A stretch of 64,000 nucleotides of DNA, taken from the NCBI RefSeq assembly GCF_009914755.1, contig NC_060946.1; one strand, written 5' to 3'. Source of the DNA: the human T2T-CHM13v2.0 reference genome, Homo sapiens. This document shows, one piece after another, positions 1 to 14,400 of this stretch (position 1 is the first letter of the stretch; each line of letters opens with the position of its first letter). The translations under genes were made by a program, and so were the position numbers. Under the pieces are notes generated by a model. It worked only from the letters and a program-made list of their open reading frames with translations, ran no database searches and was not told the DNA's origin.

Positions 1-757
1 TTCTGCATTGATCACCCAGGTGGCGAACTCTTCTCTCGGATCTGCCTATGGGGGCATTGTGAGAAATCTCTGCACTGATCACCCAGGTGATGTAACTGTT
101 GTGTAACCTCTGCCTACAGGGGAATTGTGAGAGATCTCGTCACTGATTACCCAAGTGATGTAACCGTTGTCTACGCTTTGCATACAGGGGGCTTTGTGAC
201 ATACCTTTGCACTGATCACCCAGGTGATGTAACACATCTAAGTTCGGCCTAAAGGAGCTTTGTGACATATCTCTGCACTGATCACTTAGGTGATGTAACA
301 CTTTTATAATGACTGCCTACAGGGAATTTTGACAAATCTCTGCACTGATCACCTAGGTGATGTAACTCTTGTCTACCCTCTGTCCAACGGGGCATTGTGA
401 AATATCTCTGCACTGATCACCCAGGGGATTCAACTCTTGACTAGGAACTGCCTACAGAGGTTATTGTGAAATATCTCTGCACTGATAAACTAGGTGGTGT
501 AACCCTTGTCCAAGCTCTGCCTACAGGGGCGTTTCCACATATCCCTGAACTGATGACAAAGGTGATGTAACTCTTGCCTAGGCTTTGCCTACAGGGAACA
601 TTGGACATATATTTGCACTGATCACCCAGGTGATGCAACTCCTGCCTAGGCTTTGCCTACAGGGGTCATTGTGACATATCTCTTCAATGATCACTCATGT
701 GATGCATCTCTTGCCTAGGCTTTGCCTGCAGGGGACATTGTGACATATCTCTGCACT

Positions 758-2663
758 GATCTCCCAGGTGCTGTAACTTTAGTCTAGGCTCTGGCTACAC
801 GGCATTGTGACATATCACTGCACTGATCAACCAGGTGATATAACTCTTGTATAGGCTCTGCCTACAGGGGGATTTTGACCTACCTTTGCACTGATCACGC
901 AGGTGATATAACTCTTCTCTAGGATCTTCCTACAGGGTACTTTGTGACATATCCCTGCACTGATCACCCAGCTGATCTATCTCTGGTCTAAGCTCTGCCT
1001 AAAGGGGCATTGTGACAGATCTCTGCACTGATCACTCAGGTGATGTAAGTATTGTCTAGGCTCTGCTTCAAGGGGCCTTGTCACATATCTCTGCACTGAT
1101 CACCCAGGTGATGTAACTCTTGTCTAGGCTCTGCTTCCAGGGCATATTGTGACATATCTATGCACTGATCACCTTAGTGATGTAACACTTTGGTAGGCTC
1201 GGCCTACAGGGGAATCTTGACATATCTCTGCACTGTTAACCGAGGTGATTTAACTCTTGTCTAGGCTGTGCCCACAGGGGGATTGAGACATATCTCTGCA
1301 CTGATCCCGAGGTGATACAACTCTTGCCTGGTCTCTTCCTACTGTGGACATTGTGACATATCTCTGCACTGATCTCCCAGGTGCTGTAACTTTAGTCTAG
1401 GCTCTGGCTACACGGCATTGTGACATATCACTGCACTGATCACCCAGGCGATATAACTCTTCTCTAGGATCTGACCACAGGGTGCTTGGTGACATATCCC
1501 TGCAATGATCACCCAGGTGATATACCACTTGCCAAGGCTCTGCCTACAGGGGCATTGCAATGTATCTCTGCACTGATCACCTAGGTCTTGTAGCTATTTT
1601 CTAGGATCTGCCTACAGGGTGCTTTGTGAGGTGTCCCAGCAAGGTTTACCCAGGTGATGTATCTCTCATCAAGGCTCTGCCTACAGGCACATTGTGATGT
1701 ATCTCTGCACTGATCACCTAGGTCATGTAACCTTTTTCTCGGCTCTACCTACGATGGCATTGTGACATATCTCTGCACTAATCATCCAAGTGATGTAACA
1801 CTTGTCTAGGATGTGCCTAAATTAACTTTTTGACATAACCCTGTACTGATCATCCAGGTGATGGAGCTTTTGTCTAGGCTCTGCCTAAGGGGGCATTGTG
1901 ACATATTTCTGCATTGATCACCCAGGTGGCGAACTCTTCTCTCGGATCTGCCTATGGGGGCATTGTGAGAAATCTCTGCCCTGATAACCCAGGTGATGTA
2001 ACTGTTGTGTAACCTCTGCCTACAGGAGAATTGTGAGAGATCTCGTCACTGATTACCCAAGTGATGTAACCGTTGTCTAGGCTTTGCATACAGGGGGCTT
2101 TGTGACATACCTTTGCACTGATCACCCAGGTGATGTAACACATCTAAGTTCGGCCTAAAGGAGCTTTGTGACATATCTCTGCACTGATCACTTAGGTGAT
2201 GTAACACTTTTATAATCACTGCCTACAGGGAATTTTGACAAATCTCTGCACTGATCACCTAGGTGATGTAACTCTTGTCTACCCCCTGTCCAACGGGGCA
2301 TTGTGAAATATCTCTGCACTGATCACCCAGGTGATTCAACTCTTGACTAGGAACTGCCTACAGAGGTTATTGTGAAATATCTCTGCACTGATAAACTAGG
2401 TGGTGTAACCCTTGTCCAAGCTCTGCCTACAGGGGCGTTTCCACATATCCCTGAACTGATGACAAAGGTGATGTAACTCTTGCCTAGGCTTTGCCTACAG
2501 GGAACATTGGACATATATCTGCACTGATCACCCAGGTGATGCAACTCCTGCCTAGGCTTTGCCTACAGGGGACATTGTGACATATCTCTTCAATGATCAC
2601 TCATGTGATGCATCTCTTGCCTAGGCTTTGCCTACAGAGGACATTGTGACATATCTCTGCACT
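758..2663. repeat. Representative 28-monomer higher-order repeat unit (1906 bp)
   Basis: I counted 28 monomers from GATCTCCCAGG at 758 to the equivalent site at 2664. The landmark CTAGGAACTG recurs at 441, 2347, 4253, 6158, 8063, 9968, 11873, 13778, 15683, 17589, 19493, 21398, 23303, 25209 (steps of 1904-1906). Copies differ by scattered substitutions, while monomers within a unit are far more diverged. Confidence 0.95.
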
Positions 2664-2999
2664 GATCTCCCAGGTGCTGTAACTTTAGTCTTGGCTCTGG
2701 CTACACGGCATTGTGACATATCACTGCACTGATCAACCAGGTGATATAACTCTTGTATAGGCTCTGCCTACAGGGGGATTGTGACCTACCTCTGCACTGA
2801 TCACCCAGGTGATATAACTCTTCTCTAGGATCTGCCTACAGGGTACTTTGTGACATATCCCTGCACTGATCACCCAGGTGATCTATCTCTGGTCTAAGCT
2901 CTGCCTAAAGGGGCATTGTGACAGATCTCTGCACTGATCACTCAGGTGATGTAAGTATTGTCTAGGCTCGGCTTCAAGGGGCCTTGTCACATATCTCTG

Positions 3000-5900
3000 C
3001 ACTGATCACCCAGGTGATGTAACTCTTGTCTAGGCTCTGCTTCCAGGTCATATTGTGACATATCTATGCACTGATCACCTTAGTGATGTAACATTTTGGT
3101 AGGCTCGGCCTACAGGGGAATCTTGACATATCTCTGCACTGTTAACCGAGGTGATTTAACTCTTGTCTAGGCTGTGCCCACAGGGGGATTGAGACATATC
3201 TCTGCACTGATCCCGAGGTGATACAACTCTTGCCTGGTCTCTGCCTACTGTTGACATTGTGACATATCTCTGCACTGATCTCCCAGGTGCTGTAACTTTA
3301 GTCTAGGCTCTGGCTACACGGCATTGTGACATATCACTGCACTGATCACCCAGGCGATATAACTCTTCTCTAGGATCTGACCACAGGGTGCTTTGTGACA
3401 TATCCCTGCAATGATCACCCAGGTGATATACCACTTGCCAAGGCTCTGCCTACAGGGGCATTGCAATGTATCTCTGCACTGATCACCTAGGTCTTGTAGC
3501 TATTTTCTAAGATGTGCCTACAGGGTGCTTTGTGACGTGTCCCAGCAAGGATTACCCAGGTGATGTACCTCTCATCAAGGCTCTCCCTACAGGCACATTG
3601 TGATGTATCTCTGCACTGATCACCTAGGTCATGTACCCTTTTTCTAGGCTCTACCTACGATGGCATTGTGACATATCTCTGCACTAATCATCCAAGTGAT
3701 GTAACACTTGTCTAGGATGTGCCTAAATTAACTTTTTGACATAACCCTGTACTGATCATCCAGGTGATGGAGCTTTTGTCTAGGCTCTGCCTAAGGGGGC
3801 ATTGTGACATATTTCTGCATTGATCACCCAGGTGGCGAACTCTTCTCTCGGATCTGCCTATGGGGGCATTGTGAGAAATCTCTGCACTGATCACCCAGGT
3901 GATGTAACTGTTGTGTAACCTCTGCCTACAGGGGAATTGTGAGAGATCTCGTCACTGATTACCCAAGTGATGTAACCGTTGTCTAGGCTTTGCATACAGG
4001 GGGCTTTGTGACATACCTTTGCACTGATCACCCAGGTGATGTAACACATCTAAGTTCGGCCTAAAGGAGCTTTGTGACATATCTCTGCACTGATCACTTA
4101 GGTGATGTAACACTTTTATAATGACTGCCTACAGGGAATTTTGACAAATCTCTGCACTGATCACCTAGGTGATGTAACTCTTGTCTACCCTCTGTCCAAC
4201 GGGGCATTGTGAAATATCTCTGCACTGATCACCCAGGGGATTCAACTCTTGACTAGGAACTGCCTACAGAGGTTATTGTGAAATATCTCTGGACTGATAA
4301 ACTAGGTGGTGTAACCCTTGTCCAAGCTCTGCCTACAGGGGCGTTTCCACATATCCCTGAACTGATGACAAAGGTGATGTAACTCTTGCCTCGGCTTTGC
4401 CTACAGGGAACATTGGACATATATTTGCACTGATCACCCAGGTGATGCAACTCCTGCCTAGGCTTTGCCTACAGGGGTCATTGTGACATATCTCTTCAAT
4501 GATCACTCATGTGATGCATCTCTTGCCTAGGCTTTGCCTGCAGGGGACATTGTGACATATCTCTGCACTGATCTCCCAGGTGCTGTAACTTTAGTCTAGG
4601 CTCTGGCTACACGGCATTGTGACATATCACTGCACTGATCAACCAGGTGATATTACTCTTGTATAGGCTCTGCCTACAGGGGGATTTTGACCTACCTTTG
4701 CACTGATCACGCAGGTGATATAACTCTTCTCTAGGATCTTCCTACAGGGTACTTTGTGACATATCCCTGCACTGATCACCCAGGTGATCTATCTCTGGTC
4801 TAAGCTCTGCCTAAAGGGGCATTGTGACAGATCTCTGCACTGATCACTCAGGTGATGTAAGTATTGTCTAGGCTCTGCTTCAAGGGGCCTTGTCACATAT
4901 CTCTGCACTGATCACCCAGGTGATGTAACTCTTGTCTAGGCTCTGCTTCCAGGGCATATTGTGACATATCTATGCACTGATCACCTTAGTGATGTAACAC
5001 TTTGGTAGGCTCGGCCTACAGGGGAATCTTGACATATCTCTGCACTGTTAACCGAGGTGATTTAACTCTTGTCTAGGCTGTGCCCACAGGGGGATTGAGA
5101 CATATCTCTGCACTGATCCCGAGGTGATACAACTCTTGCCTGGTCTCTGCCTACTGTGGACATTGTGACATATCTCTGCACTGATCTCCCAGGTGCTGTA
5201 ACTTTAGTCTAGGCTCTGGCTACACGGCATTGTGACATAACACTGCACTGATCACCCAGGCGATATAACTCTTCTCTAGGATCTGACCACAGGGTGCTTT
5301 GTGACATATACCTGCAATGATCACCCAGGTGATATACCACTTACCAAGGCTCTGCCTACAGGGGCATTGCAATGTATCTCTGCACTGATCACCTAGGTCT
5401 TGTAGCTATTTTCTAGGATGTGCCTACAGGGTGCTTTGTGACGTGTCCCAGCAAGGATTACCCAGGTGATGTACCTCTCATCAAGGCTCTGCCTACAGGC
5501 ACATTGTGATGTATCTCTGCACTGATCACCTAGGTCATGTAAATTTTGTATAGGCTCTACCTACGATGGCATTGTGACATATCTCTGCACTAATCATCCA
5601 AGTGATGTAACTCTTGTCTAGGATGTGCCTAAATTAACTTTTTGACATAACCCTGTACTGATCATCCAGGTGATGGAGCTTTTGTCTAGGCTCTGCCTAA
5701 GGGGGCATTGTGACGTATTTCTGCATTGATCCCCAAGTGGCGAACTCTTCTCTCGGATCTGCCTATGGGGGCATTGTGAGAAATCTCTGCACTGATCACC
5801 CAGGTGATGTAACTGTTGTGTAACCTCTGCCTACAGGGGAATTGTGAGAGATCTCGTCACTGATTACCCAAGTGATGTAACCGTTGTCTAGGCTTTGCGT

Positions 5901-8900
5901 ACAAGGGGCTTTGTGACATACATTTGCACTGATCACCCAGGTGATGTAACACATCTAAGTTCGGCCTAAAGGAGCTTTGTGACATATCTCTGCACTGATC
6001 ACTTAGGTGATGTAACACTTTTATAATCACTGCCTACAGGGAATTTTGACAAATCTCTGCACTGATCACCTAGGTGATGTAACTCTTGTCTACCCCCTGT
6101 CCAACGAGGCATTGTGAAATATCTCTGCACTGATCACCCAGGTGACTCAACTCTTGACTAGGAACTGCCTACAGAGGTTATTGTGAAATATCTCTGCACT
6201 GATAAACTAGGTGGTGTAACCCTTGTCCAAGCTCTGCCTACAGGGGCGTTTCCACATATCCCTGAACTGATGACAAAGGTGATGTAACTCTTGCCTAGGC
6301 TTTGCCTACAGGGAACATTGGACATATATCTGCGCTGATCACCCAGGTGATGCAACTCCTGCCTAGGCTTTGCCTACAGGGGACATTGTGACATATCTCT
6401 TCAACGATCACTCATGTGATGCATCTCTTGCCCAGGCTTTGCCTGCAGGGGCATTGTGACATATCTCTGCACTGATCTCCCAGGTGCTGTAACTTTAATC
6501 TAGGCTCTGACTACACGGCATTATGACATATCACTGCACTGATCAACCAGGTGATATAACTCTTGTATAGGCTCTGCCTACAGGGGGATTGTGACCTACC
6601 TCTGCACTGATCACCCAGGTGATATAACTCTTCTCTAGGATCTGCCTACAGGGTACTTTGTGACATATCCCTGCACTGATCACCCAGGTGATCTATCTCT
6701 GTTCTAAGCTCTGCCTAAAGGGGCATTGTGACAGATCTCTGCACTGATCACTCAGGTGATGTAAGTATTGTCTAGGCTCTGCTTCAAGGGGCCTTGTCAC
6801 ATATCTCTGCACTGATCACCCAGGTGATGTAACTCTTGTCTAGGCTCTGCTTCCAGGTCATATTGTGACATATCTATGCACTGATCACCTTAGTGATGTA
6901 ACATTTTGGTAGGCTCGGCCTACAGGGGAATCTTGACATATCTCTGCACTGTTAACCGAGGTGATTTAACTCTTGTCTAGGCTGTGCCCACAGGGGGATT
7001 GAGACATATCTCTGCACTGATCCCGAGGTGATACAACTCTTGCCTGGTCTCTGCCTACTGTTGACATTGTGACATATCTCTGCACTGATCTCCCAGGTGC
7101 TGTAACTTTAGTCTAGGCTCTGGCTACACGGCATTGTGACATATCACTGCACTGATCACCCAGGCGATATAACTCTTCTCTAGGATCTGACCACAGGGTG
7201 CTTTGTGACATATCCCTGCAATGATCACCCAGGTGATATACCACTTGCCAAGGCTCTGCCTACAGGGGCATTGCAATGTATCTCTGCACTGATCACCTAG
7301 GTCTTGTAGCTATTTTCTAGGATGTGCCTACAGGGTGCTTTGTGACGTGTCCCAGCAAGGATTACCCAGGTGATGTACCTCTCATCAAGGCTCTCCCTAC
7401 AGGCACATTGTGATGTATCTCTGCACTGATCACCTAGGTCATGTACCCTTTTTCTAGGCTCTACCTACGATGGCATTGTGACATATCTCTGCACTAATCA
7501 TCCAAGTGATGTAACACTTGTCTAGGATGTGCCTAAATTAACTTTTTGACATAACCCTGTACTGATCATCCAGGTGATGGAGCTTTTGTCTAGGCTCTGC
7601 CTAAGGGGGCATTGTGACATATTTCTGCATTGATCACCCAGGTGGCGAACTCTTCTCTCGGATCTGCCTATGGGGGCATTGTGAGAAATCTCTGCACTGA
7701 TCACCCAGGTGATGTAACTGTTGTGTAACCTCTGCCTACAGGGGAATTGTGAGAGATCTCGTCACTGATTACCCAAGTGATGTAACCGTTGTCTAGGCTT
7801 TGCATACAGGGGGCTTTGTGACATACCTTTGCACTGATCACCCAGGTGATGTAACACATCTAAGTTCGGCCTAAAGGAGCTTTGTGACATATCTCTGCAC
7901 TGATCACTTAGGTGATGTAACACTTTTATAATCACTGCCTACAGGGAATTTTGACAAATCTCTGCACTGATCACCTAGGTGATGTAACTCTTGTCTACCC
8001 TCTGTCCAACGGGGCATTGTGAAATATCTCTGCACTGATCACCCAGGGGATTCAACTCTTGACTAGGAACTGCCTACAGAGGTTATTGTGAAATATCTCT
8101 GCACTGATAAACTAGGTGGTGTAACCCTTGTCCAAGCTCTGCCTACAGGGGCGTTTCCACATATCCCTGAACTGATGACAAAGGTGATGTAACTCTTGCC
8201 TAGGCTTTGCCTACAGGGAACATTGGACATATATTTGCACTGATCACCCAGGTGATGCAACTCCTGCCTAGGCTTTGCCTACAGGGGTCATTGTGACATA
8301 TCTCTTCAATGATCACTCATGTGATGCATCTCTTGCCTAGGCTTTGCCTGCAGGGGACATTGTGACATATCTCTGCACTGATCTCCCAGGTGCTGTAACT
8401 TTAGTCTAGGCTCTGGCTACACGGCATTGTGATATATCACTGCACTGATCAACCAGGTGATATAACTCTTGTATAGGCTCTGCCTACAGGGGGATTTTGA
8501 CCTACCTCTGCACTGATCACGCAGGTGATATAACTCTTCTCTAGGATCTTCCTACAGGGTACTTTGTGACATATCCCTGCACTGATCACCCAGGTGATCT
8601 ATCTCTGGTCTAAGCTCTGCCTAAAGGGGCATTGTGACAGATCTCTGCACTGATCACTCAGGTGATGTAAGTATTGTCTAGGCTCTGCTTCAAGGGGCCT
8701 TGTCACATATCTCTGCACTGATCACCCAGGTGATGTAACTCTTGTCTAGGCTCTGCTTCCAGGGCATATTGTGACATATCTATGCACTGATCACCTTAGT
8801 GATGTAACACTTTGGTAGGCTCGGCCTACAGGGGAATCTTGACATATCTCTGCACTGTTAACCGAGGTGATTTAACTCTTGTCTAGGCTGTGCCCACAGG

Positions 8901-11900
8901 GGGATTGAGACATATCTCTGCACTGATCCCGAGGTGATACAACTCTTGCCTGGTCTCTGCCTACTGTGGACATTGTGACATATCTCTGCACTGATCTCCC
9001 AGATGCTGTAACTTTAGTCTAGGCTCTGGCTACACGGCATTGTGACATAACACTGCACTGATCACCCAGGCGATATAACTCTTCTCTAGGATCTGACCAC
9101 AGGGTGCTTTGTGACATATACCTGCAATGATCACCCAGGTGATATACCACTTACCAAGGCTCTGCCTACAGGGGCATTGCAATGTATCTCTGCACTGATC
9201 ACCTAGGTCTTGTAGCTATTTTCTAGGATGTGCCTACAGGGTGCTTTGTGACGTGTCCCAGCAAGGATTACCCAGGTGATGTACCTCTCATCAAGGCTCT
9301 GCCTACAGGCACATTGTGATGTATCTCTGCACTGATCACCTAGGTCATGTAAATTTTGTATAGGCTCTACCTACGATGGCATTGTGACATATCTCTGCAC
9401 TAATCATCCAAGTGATGTAACTCTTGTCTAGGATGTGCCTAAATTAACTTTTTGACATAACCCTGTACTGATCATCCAGGTGATGGAGCTTTTGTCTAGG
9501 CTCTGCCTAAGGGGGCATTGTGACGTATTTCTGCATTGATCCCCAAGTGGCGAACTCTTCTCTCGGATCTGCCTATGGGGGCATTGTGAGAAATCTCTGC
9601 ACTGATCACCCAGGTGATGTAACTGTTGTGTAACCTCTGCCTACAGGGGAATTGTGAGAGATCTCGTCACTGATTACCCAAGTGATGTAACCGTTGTCTA
9701 GGCTTTGCGTACAAGGGGCTTTGTGACATACATTTGCACTGATCACCCAGGTGATGTAACACATCTAAGTTCGGCCTAAAGGAGCTTTGTGACATATCTC
9801 TGCACTGATCACTTAGGTGATGTAACACTTTTATAATCACTGCCTACAGGGAATTTTGACAAATCTCTGCACTGATCACCTAGGTGATGTAACTCTTGTC
9901 TACCCCCTGTCCAACGAGGCATTGTGAAATATCTCTGCACTGGTCACCCAGGTGACTCAACTCTTGACTAGGAACTGCCTACAGAGGTTATTGTGAAATA
10001 TCTCTGCACTGATAAACTAGGTGGTGTAACCCTTGTCCAAGCTCTGCCTACAGGGGCGTTTCCACATATCCCTGAACTGATGACAAAGGTGATGTAACTC
10101 TTGCCTAGGCTTTGCCTACAGGGAACATTGGACATATATCTGCGCTGATCACCCAGGTGATGCAACGCCTGCCTAGGCTTTGCCTACAGGGGACATTGTG
10201 ACATATCTCTTCAATGATCACTCATGTGATGCATCTCTTGCCTAGGCTTTGCCTGCAGGGGCATTGTGACATATCTCTGCACTGATCTCCCAGGTGCTGT
10301 AACTTTAGTCTAGGCTCTGACTACACGGCATTGTGACATATCACTGCACTGATCAACCAGGTGATATAACTCTTGTATAGGCTCTGCCTACAGGGGGATT
10401 GTGACCTACCTCTGCACTGATCACCCAGGTGATATAACTCTTCTCTAGGATCTGCCTACAGGGTACTTTGTGACATATCCCTGCACTGATCACCCAGGTG
10501 ATCTATCTCTGGTCTAAGCTCTGCCTAAAGGGGCATTGTGACAGATCTCTGCACTGATCACTCAGGTGATGTAAGTATTGTCTAGGCTCTGCTTCAAGGG
10601 GCCTTGTCACATATCTCTGCACTGATCACCCAGGTGATGTAACTCTTGTCTAGGCTCTGCTTCCAGGTCATATTGTGACATATCTATGCACTGATCACCT
10701 TAGTGATGTAACATTTTGGTAGGCTCGGCCTACAGGGGAATCTTGACATATCTCTGCACTGTTAACCGAGGTGATTTAACTCTTGTCTAGGCTGTGCCCA
10801 CAGGGGGATTGAAACATATCTCTGCACTGATCCCGAGGTGATACAACTCTTGCCTGGTCTCTGCCTACTGTTGACATTGTGACATATCTCTGCACTGATC
10901 TCCCAGGTGCTGTAACTTTAGTCTAGGCTCTGGCTACACGGCATTGTGACATATCACTGCACTGATCACCCAGGCGATATAACTCTTCTCTAGGATCTGA
11001 CCACAGGGTGCTTTGTGACATATCCCTGCAATGATCACCCAGGTGATATACCACTTGCCAAGGCTCTGCCTACAGGGGCATTGCAATGTATCTCTGCACT
11101 GATCACCTAGGTCTTGTAGCTATTTTCTAGGATGTGCCTACAGGGTGCTTTGTGACGTGTCCCAGCAAGGATTACCCAGGTGATGTACCTCTCATCAAGG
11201 CTCTCCCTACAGGCACATTGTGATGTATCTCTGCACTGATCACCTAGGTCATGTACCCTTTTTCTAGGCTCTACCTACGATGGCATTGTGACATATCTCT
11301 GCACTAATCATCCAAGTGATGTAACACTTGTCTAGGATGTGCCTAAATTAACTTTTTGACATAACCCTGTACTGATCATCCAGGTGATGGAGCTTTTGTC
11401 TAGGCTCTGCCTAAGGGGGCATTGTGACATATTTCTGCATTGATCACCCAGGTGGCGAACTCTTCTCTCGGATCTGCCTATGGGGGCATTGTGAGAAATC
11501 TCTGCACTGATCACCCAGGTGATGTAACTGTTGTGTAACCTCTGCCTACAGGGGAATTGTGAGAGATCTCGTCACTGATTACCCAAGTGATGTAACCGTT
11601 GTCTAGGCTTTGCATACAGGGGGCTTTGTGACATACCTTTGCACTGATCACCCAGGTGATGTAACACATCTAAGTTCGGCCTAAAGGAGCTTTGTGACAT
11701 ATCTCTGCACTGATCACTTAGGTGATGTAACACTTTTATAATCACTGCCTACAGGGAATTTTGACAAATCTCTGCACTGATCACCTAGGTGATGTAACTC
11801 TTGTCTACCCTCTGTCCAACGGGGCATTGTGAAATATCTCTGCACTGATCACCCAGGGGATTCAACTCTTGACTAGGAACTGCCTACAGAGGTTATTGTG

Positions 11901-14400
11901 AAATATCTCTGCACTGATAAACTAGGTGGTGTAACCCTTGTCCAAGCTCTGCCTACAGGGGCGTTTCCACATATCCCTGAACTGATGACAAAGGTGATGT
12001 AACTCTTGCCTAGGCTTTGCCTACAGGGAACATTGGACATATATTTGCACTGATCACCCAGGTGATGCAACTCCTGCCTAGGCTTTGCCTACAGGGGTCA
12101 TTGTGACATATCTCTTCAATGATCACTCATGTGATGCATCTCTTGCCTAGGCTTTGCCTGCAGGGGACATTGTGACATATCTCTGCACTGATCTCCCAGG
12201 TGCTGTAACTTTAGTCTAGGCTCTGGCTACACGGCATTGTAACATATCACTGCACTGATCAACCAGGTGATATAACTCTTGTATAGGCTCTGCCTACAGG
12301 GGGATTTTGACCTACCTCTGCACTGATCACGCAGGTGATATAACTCTTCTCTAGGATCTTCCTACAGGGTACTTTGTGACATATCCCTGCACTGATCACC
12401 CAGGTGATCTATCTCTGGTCTAAGCTCTGCCTAAAGGGGCATTGTGACAGATCTCTGCACTGATCACTCAGGTGATGTAAGTATTGTCTAGGCTCTGCTT
12501 CAAGGGGCCTTGTCACATATCCCTGCACTGATCATCCAGGTGATGTAACTCTTGTCTAGGCTCTGCTTCCAGGGCATATTGTGACATATCTATGCACTGA
12601 TCACCTTAGTGATGTAACACTTTGGTAGGCTCGGCCTACAGGGGAATCTTGACATATCTCTGCACTGTTAACCGAGGTGATTTAACTCTTGTCTAGGCTG
12701 TGCCCACAGGGGGATTGAGACATATCTCTGCACTGATCCCGAGGTGATACAACTCTTGCCTGGTCTCTGCCTACTGTGGACATTGTGACATATCTCTGCA
12801 CTGATCTCCCAGGTGCTGTAACTTTAGTCTAGGCTCTGGCTACACGGCATTGTGACATAACACTGCACTGATCACCCAGGCGATATAACTCTTCTCTAGG
12901 ATCTGACCACAGGGTGCTTTGTGACATATACCTGCAATGATCACCCAGGTGATATACCACTTACCAAGGCTCTGCCTACAGGGGCATTGCAATGTATCTC
13001 TGCACTGATCACCTAGGTCTTGTAGCTATTTTCTAGGATGTGCCTACAGGGTGCTTTGTGACGTGTCCCAGCAAGGATTACCCAGGTGATGTACCTCTCA
13101 TCAAGGCTCTGCCTACAGGCACATTGTGATGTATCTCTGCACTGATCACCTAGGTCATGTAAATTTTGTATAGGCTCTACCTACGATGGCATTGTGACAT
13201 ATCTCTGCACTAATCATCCAAGTGATGTAACTCTTGTCTAGGATGTGCCTAAATTAACTTTTTGACATAACCCTGTACTGATCATCCAGGTGATGGAGCT
13301 TTTGTCTAGGCTCTGCCTAAGGGGGCATTGTGACGTATTTCTGCATTGATCCCCAAGTGGCGAACTCTTCTCTCGGATCTGCCTATGGGGGCATTGTGAG
13401 AAATCTCTGCACTGATCACCCAGGTGATGTAACTGTTGTGTAACCTCTGCCTACAGGGGAATTGTGAGAGATCTCGTCACTGATTACCCAAGTGATGTAA
13501 CCGTTGTCTAGGCTTTGCGTACAAGGGGCTTTGTGACATACATTTGCACTGATCACCCAGGTGATGTAACACATCTAAGTTCGGCCTAAAGGAGCTTTGT
13601 GACATATCTCTGCACTGATCACTTAGGTGATGTAACACTTTTATAATCACTGCCTACAGGGAATTTTGACAAATCTCTGCACTGATCACCTAGGTGATGT
13701 AACTCTTGTCTACCCCCTGTCCAACGAGGCATTGTGAAATATCTCTGCACTGATCACCCAGGTGACTCAACTCTTGACTAGGAACTGCCTACAGAGGTTA
13801 TTGTGAAATATCTCTGCACTGATAAACTAGGTGGTGTAACCCTTGTCCAAGCTCTGCCTACAGGGGGGTTTCCACATATCCCTGAACTGATGACAAAGGT
13901 GATGTAACTCTTGCCTAGGCTTTGCCTACAGGGAACATTGGACATATATCTGCGCTGATCACCCAGGTGATGCAACTCCTGCCTAGGCTTTGCCTACAGG
14001 GGACATTGTGACATATCTCTTCAATGATCACTCATGTGATGCATCTCTTGCCTAGGCTTTGCCTGCAGGGACATTGTGACATATCTCTGCACTGATCTCC
14101 CAGGTGCTGTAACTTTAGTCTAGGCTCTGACTACACGGCATTGTGACATATCACTGCACTGATCAACCAGGTGATATAACTCTTGTATAGGCTCTGCCTA
14201 CAGGGGGATTGTGACCTACCTCTGCACTGATCACCCAGGTGATATAACTCTTCTCTAGGATCTGCCTACAGGGTACTTTGTGACATATCCCTGCACTGAT
14301 CACCCAGGTGATCTATCTCTGGTCTAAGCTCTGCCTAAAGGGGCATTGTGACAGATCTCTGCACTGATCACTCAGGTGATGTAAGTATTGTCTAGGCTCG
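3000..14400. repeat. Two-HOR super-repeat (3810-bp period, about 3 copies); ends approximate
   Basis: The diagnostic variant TTCCAGGTCA lies at 3041, 6851 and 10661. The ORF track alternates DQCKY (4253, 8063, 11873) with DQRRY (6158, 9968, 13778). Confidence 0.9.
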
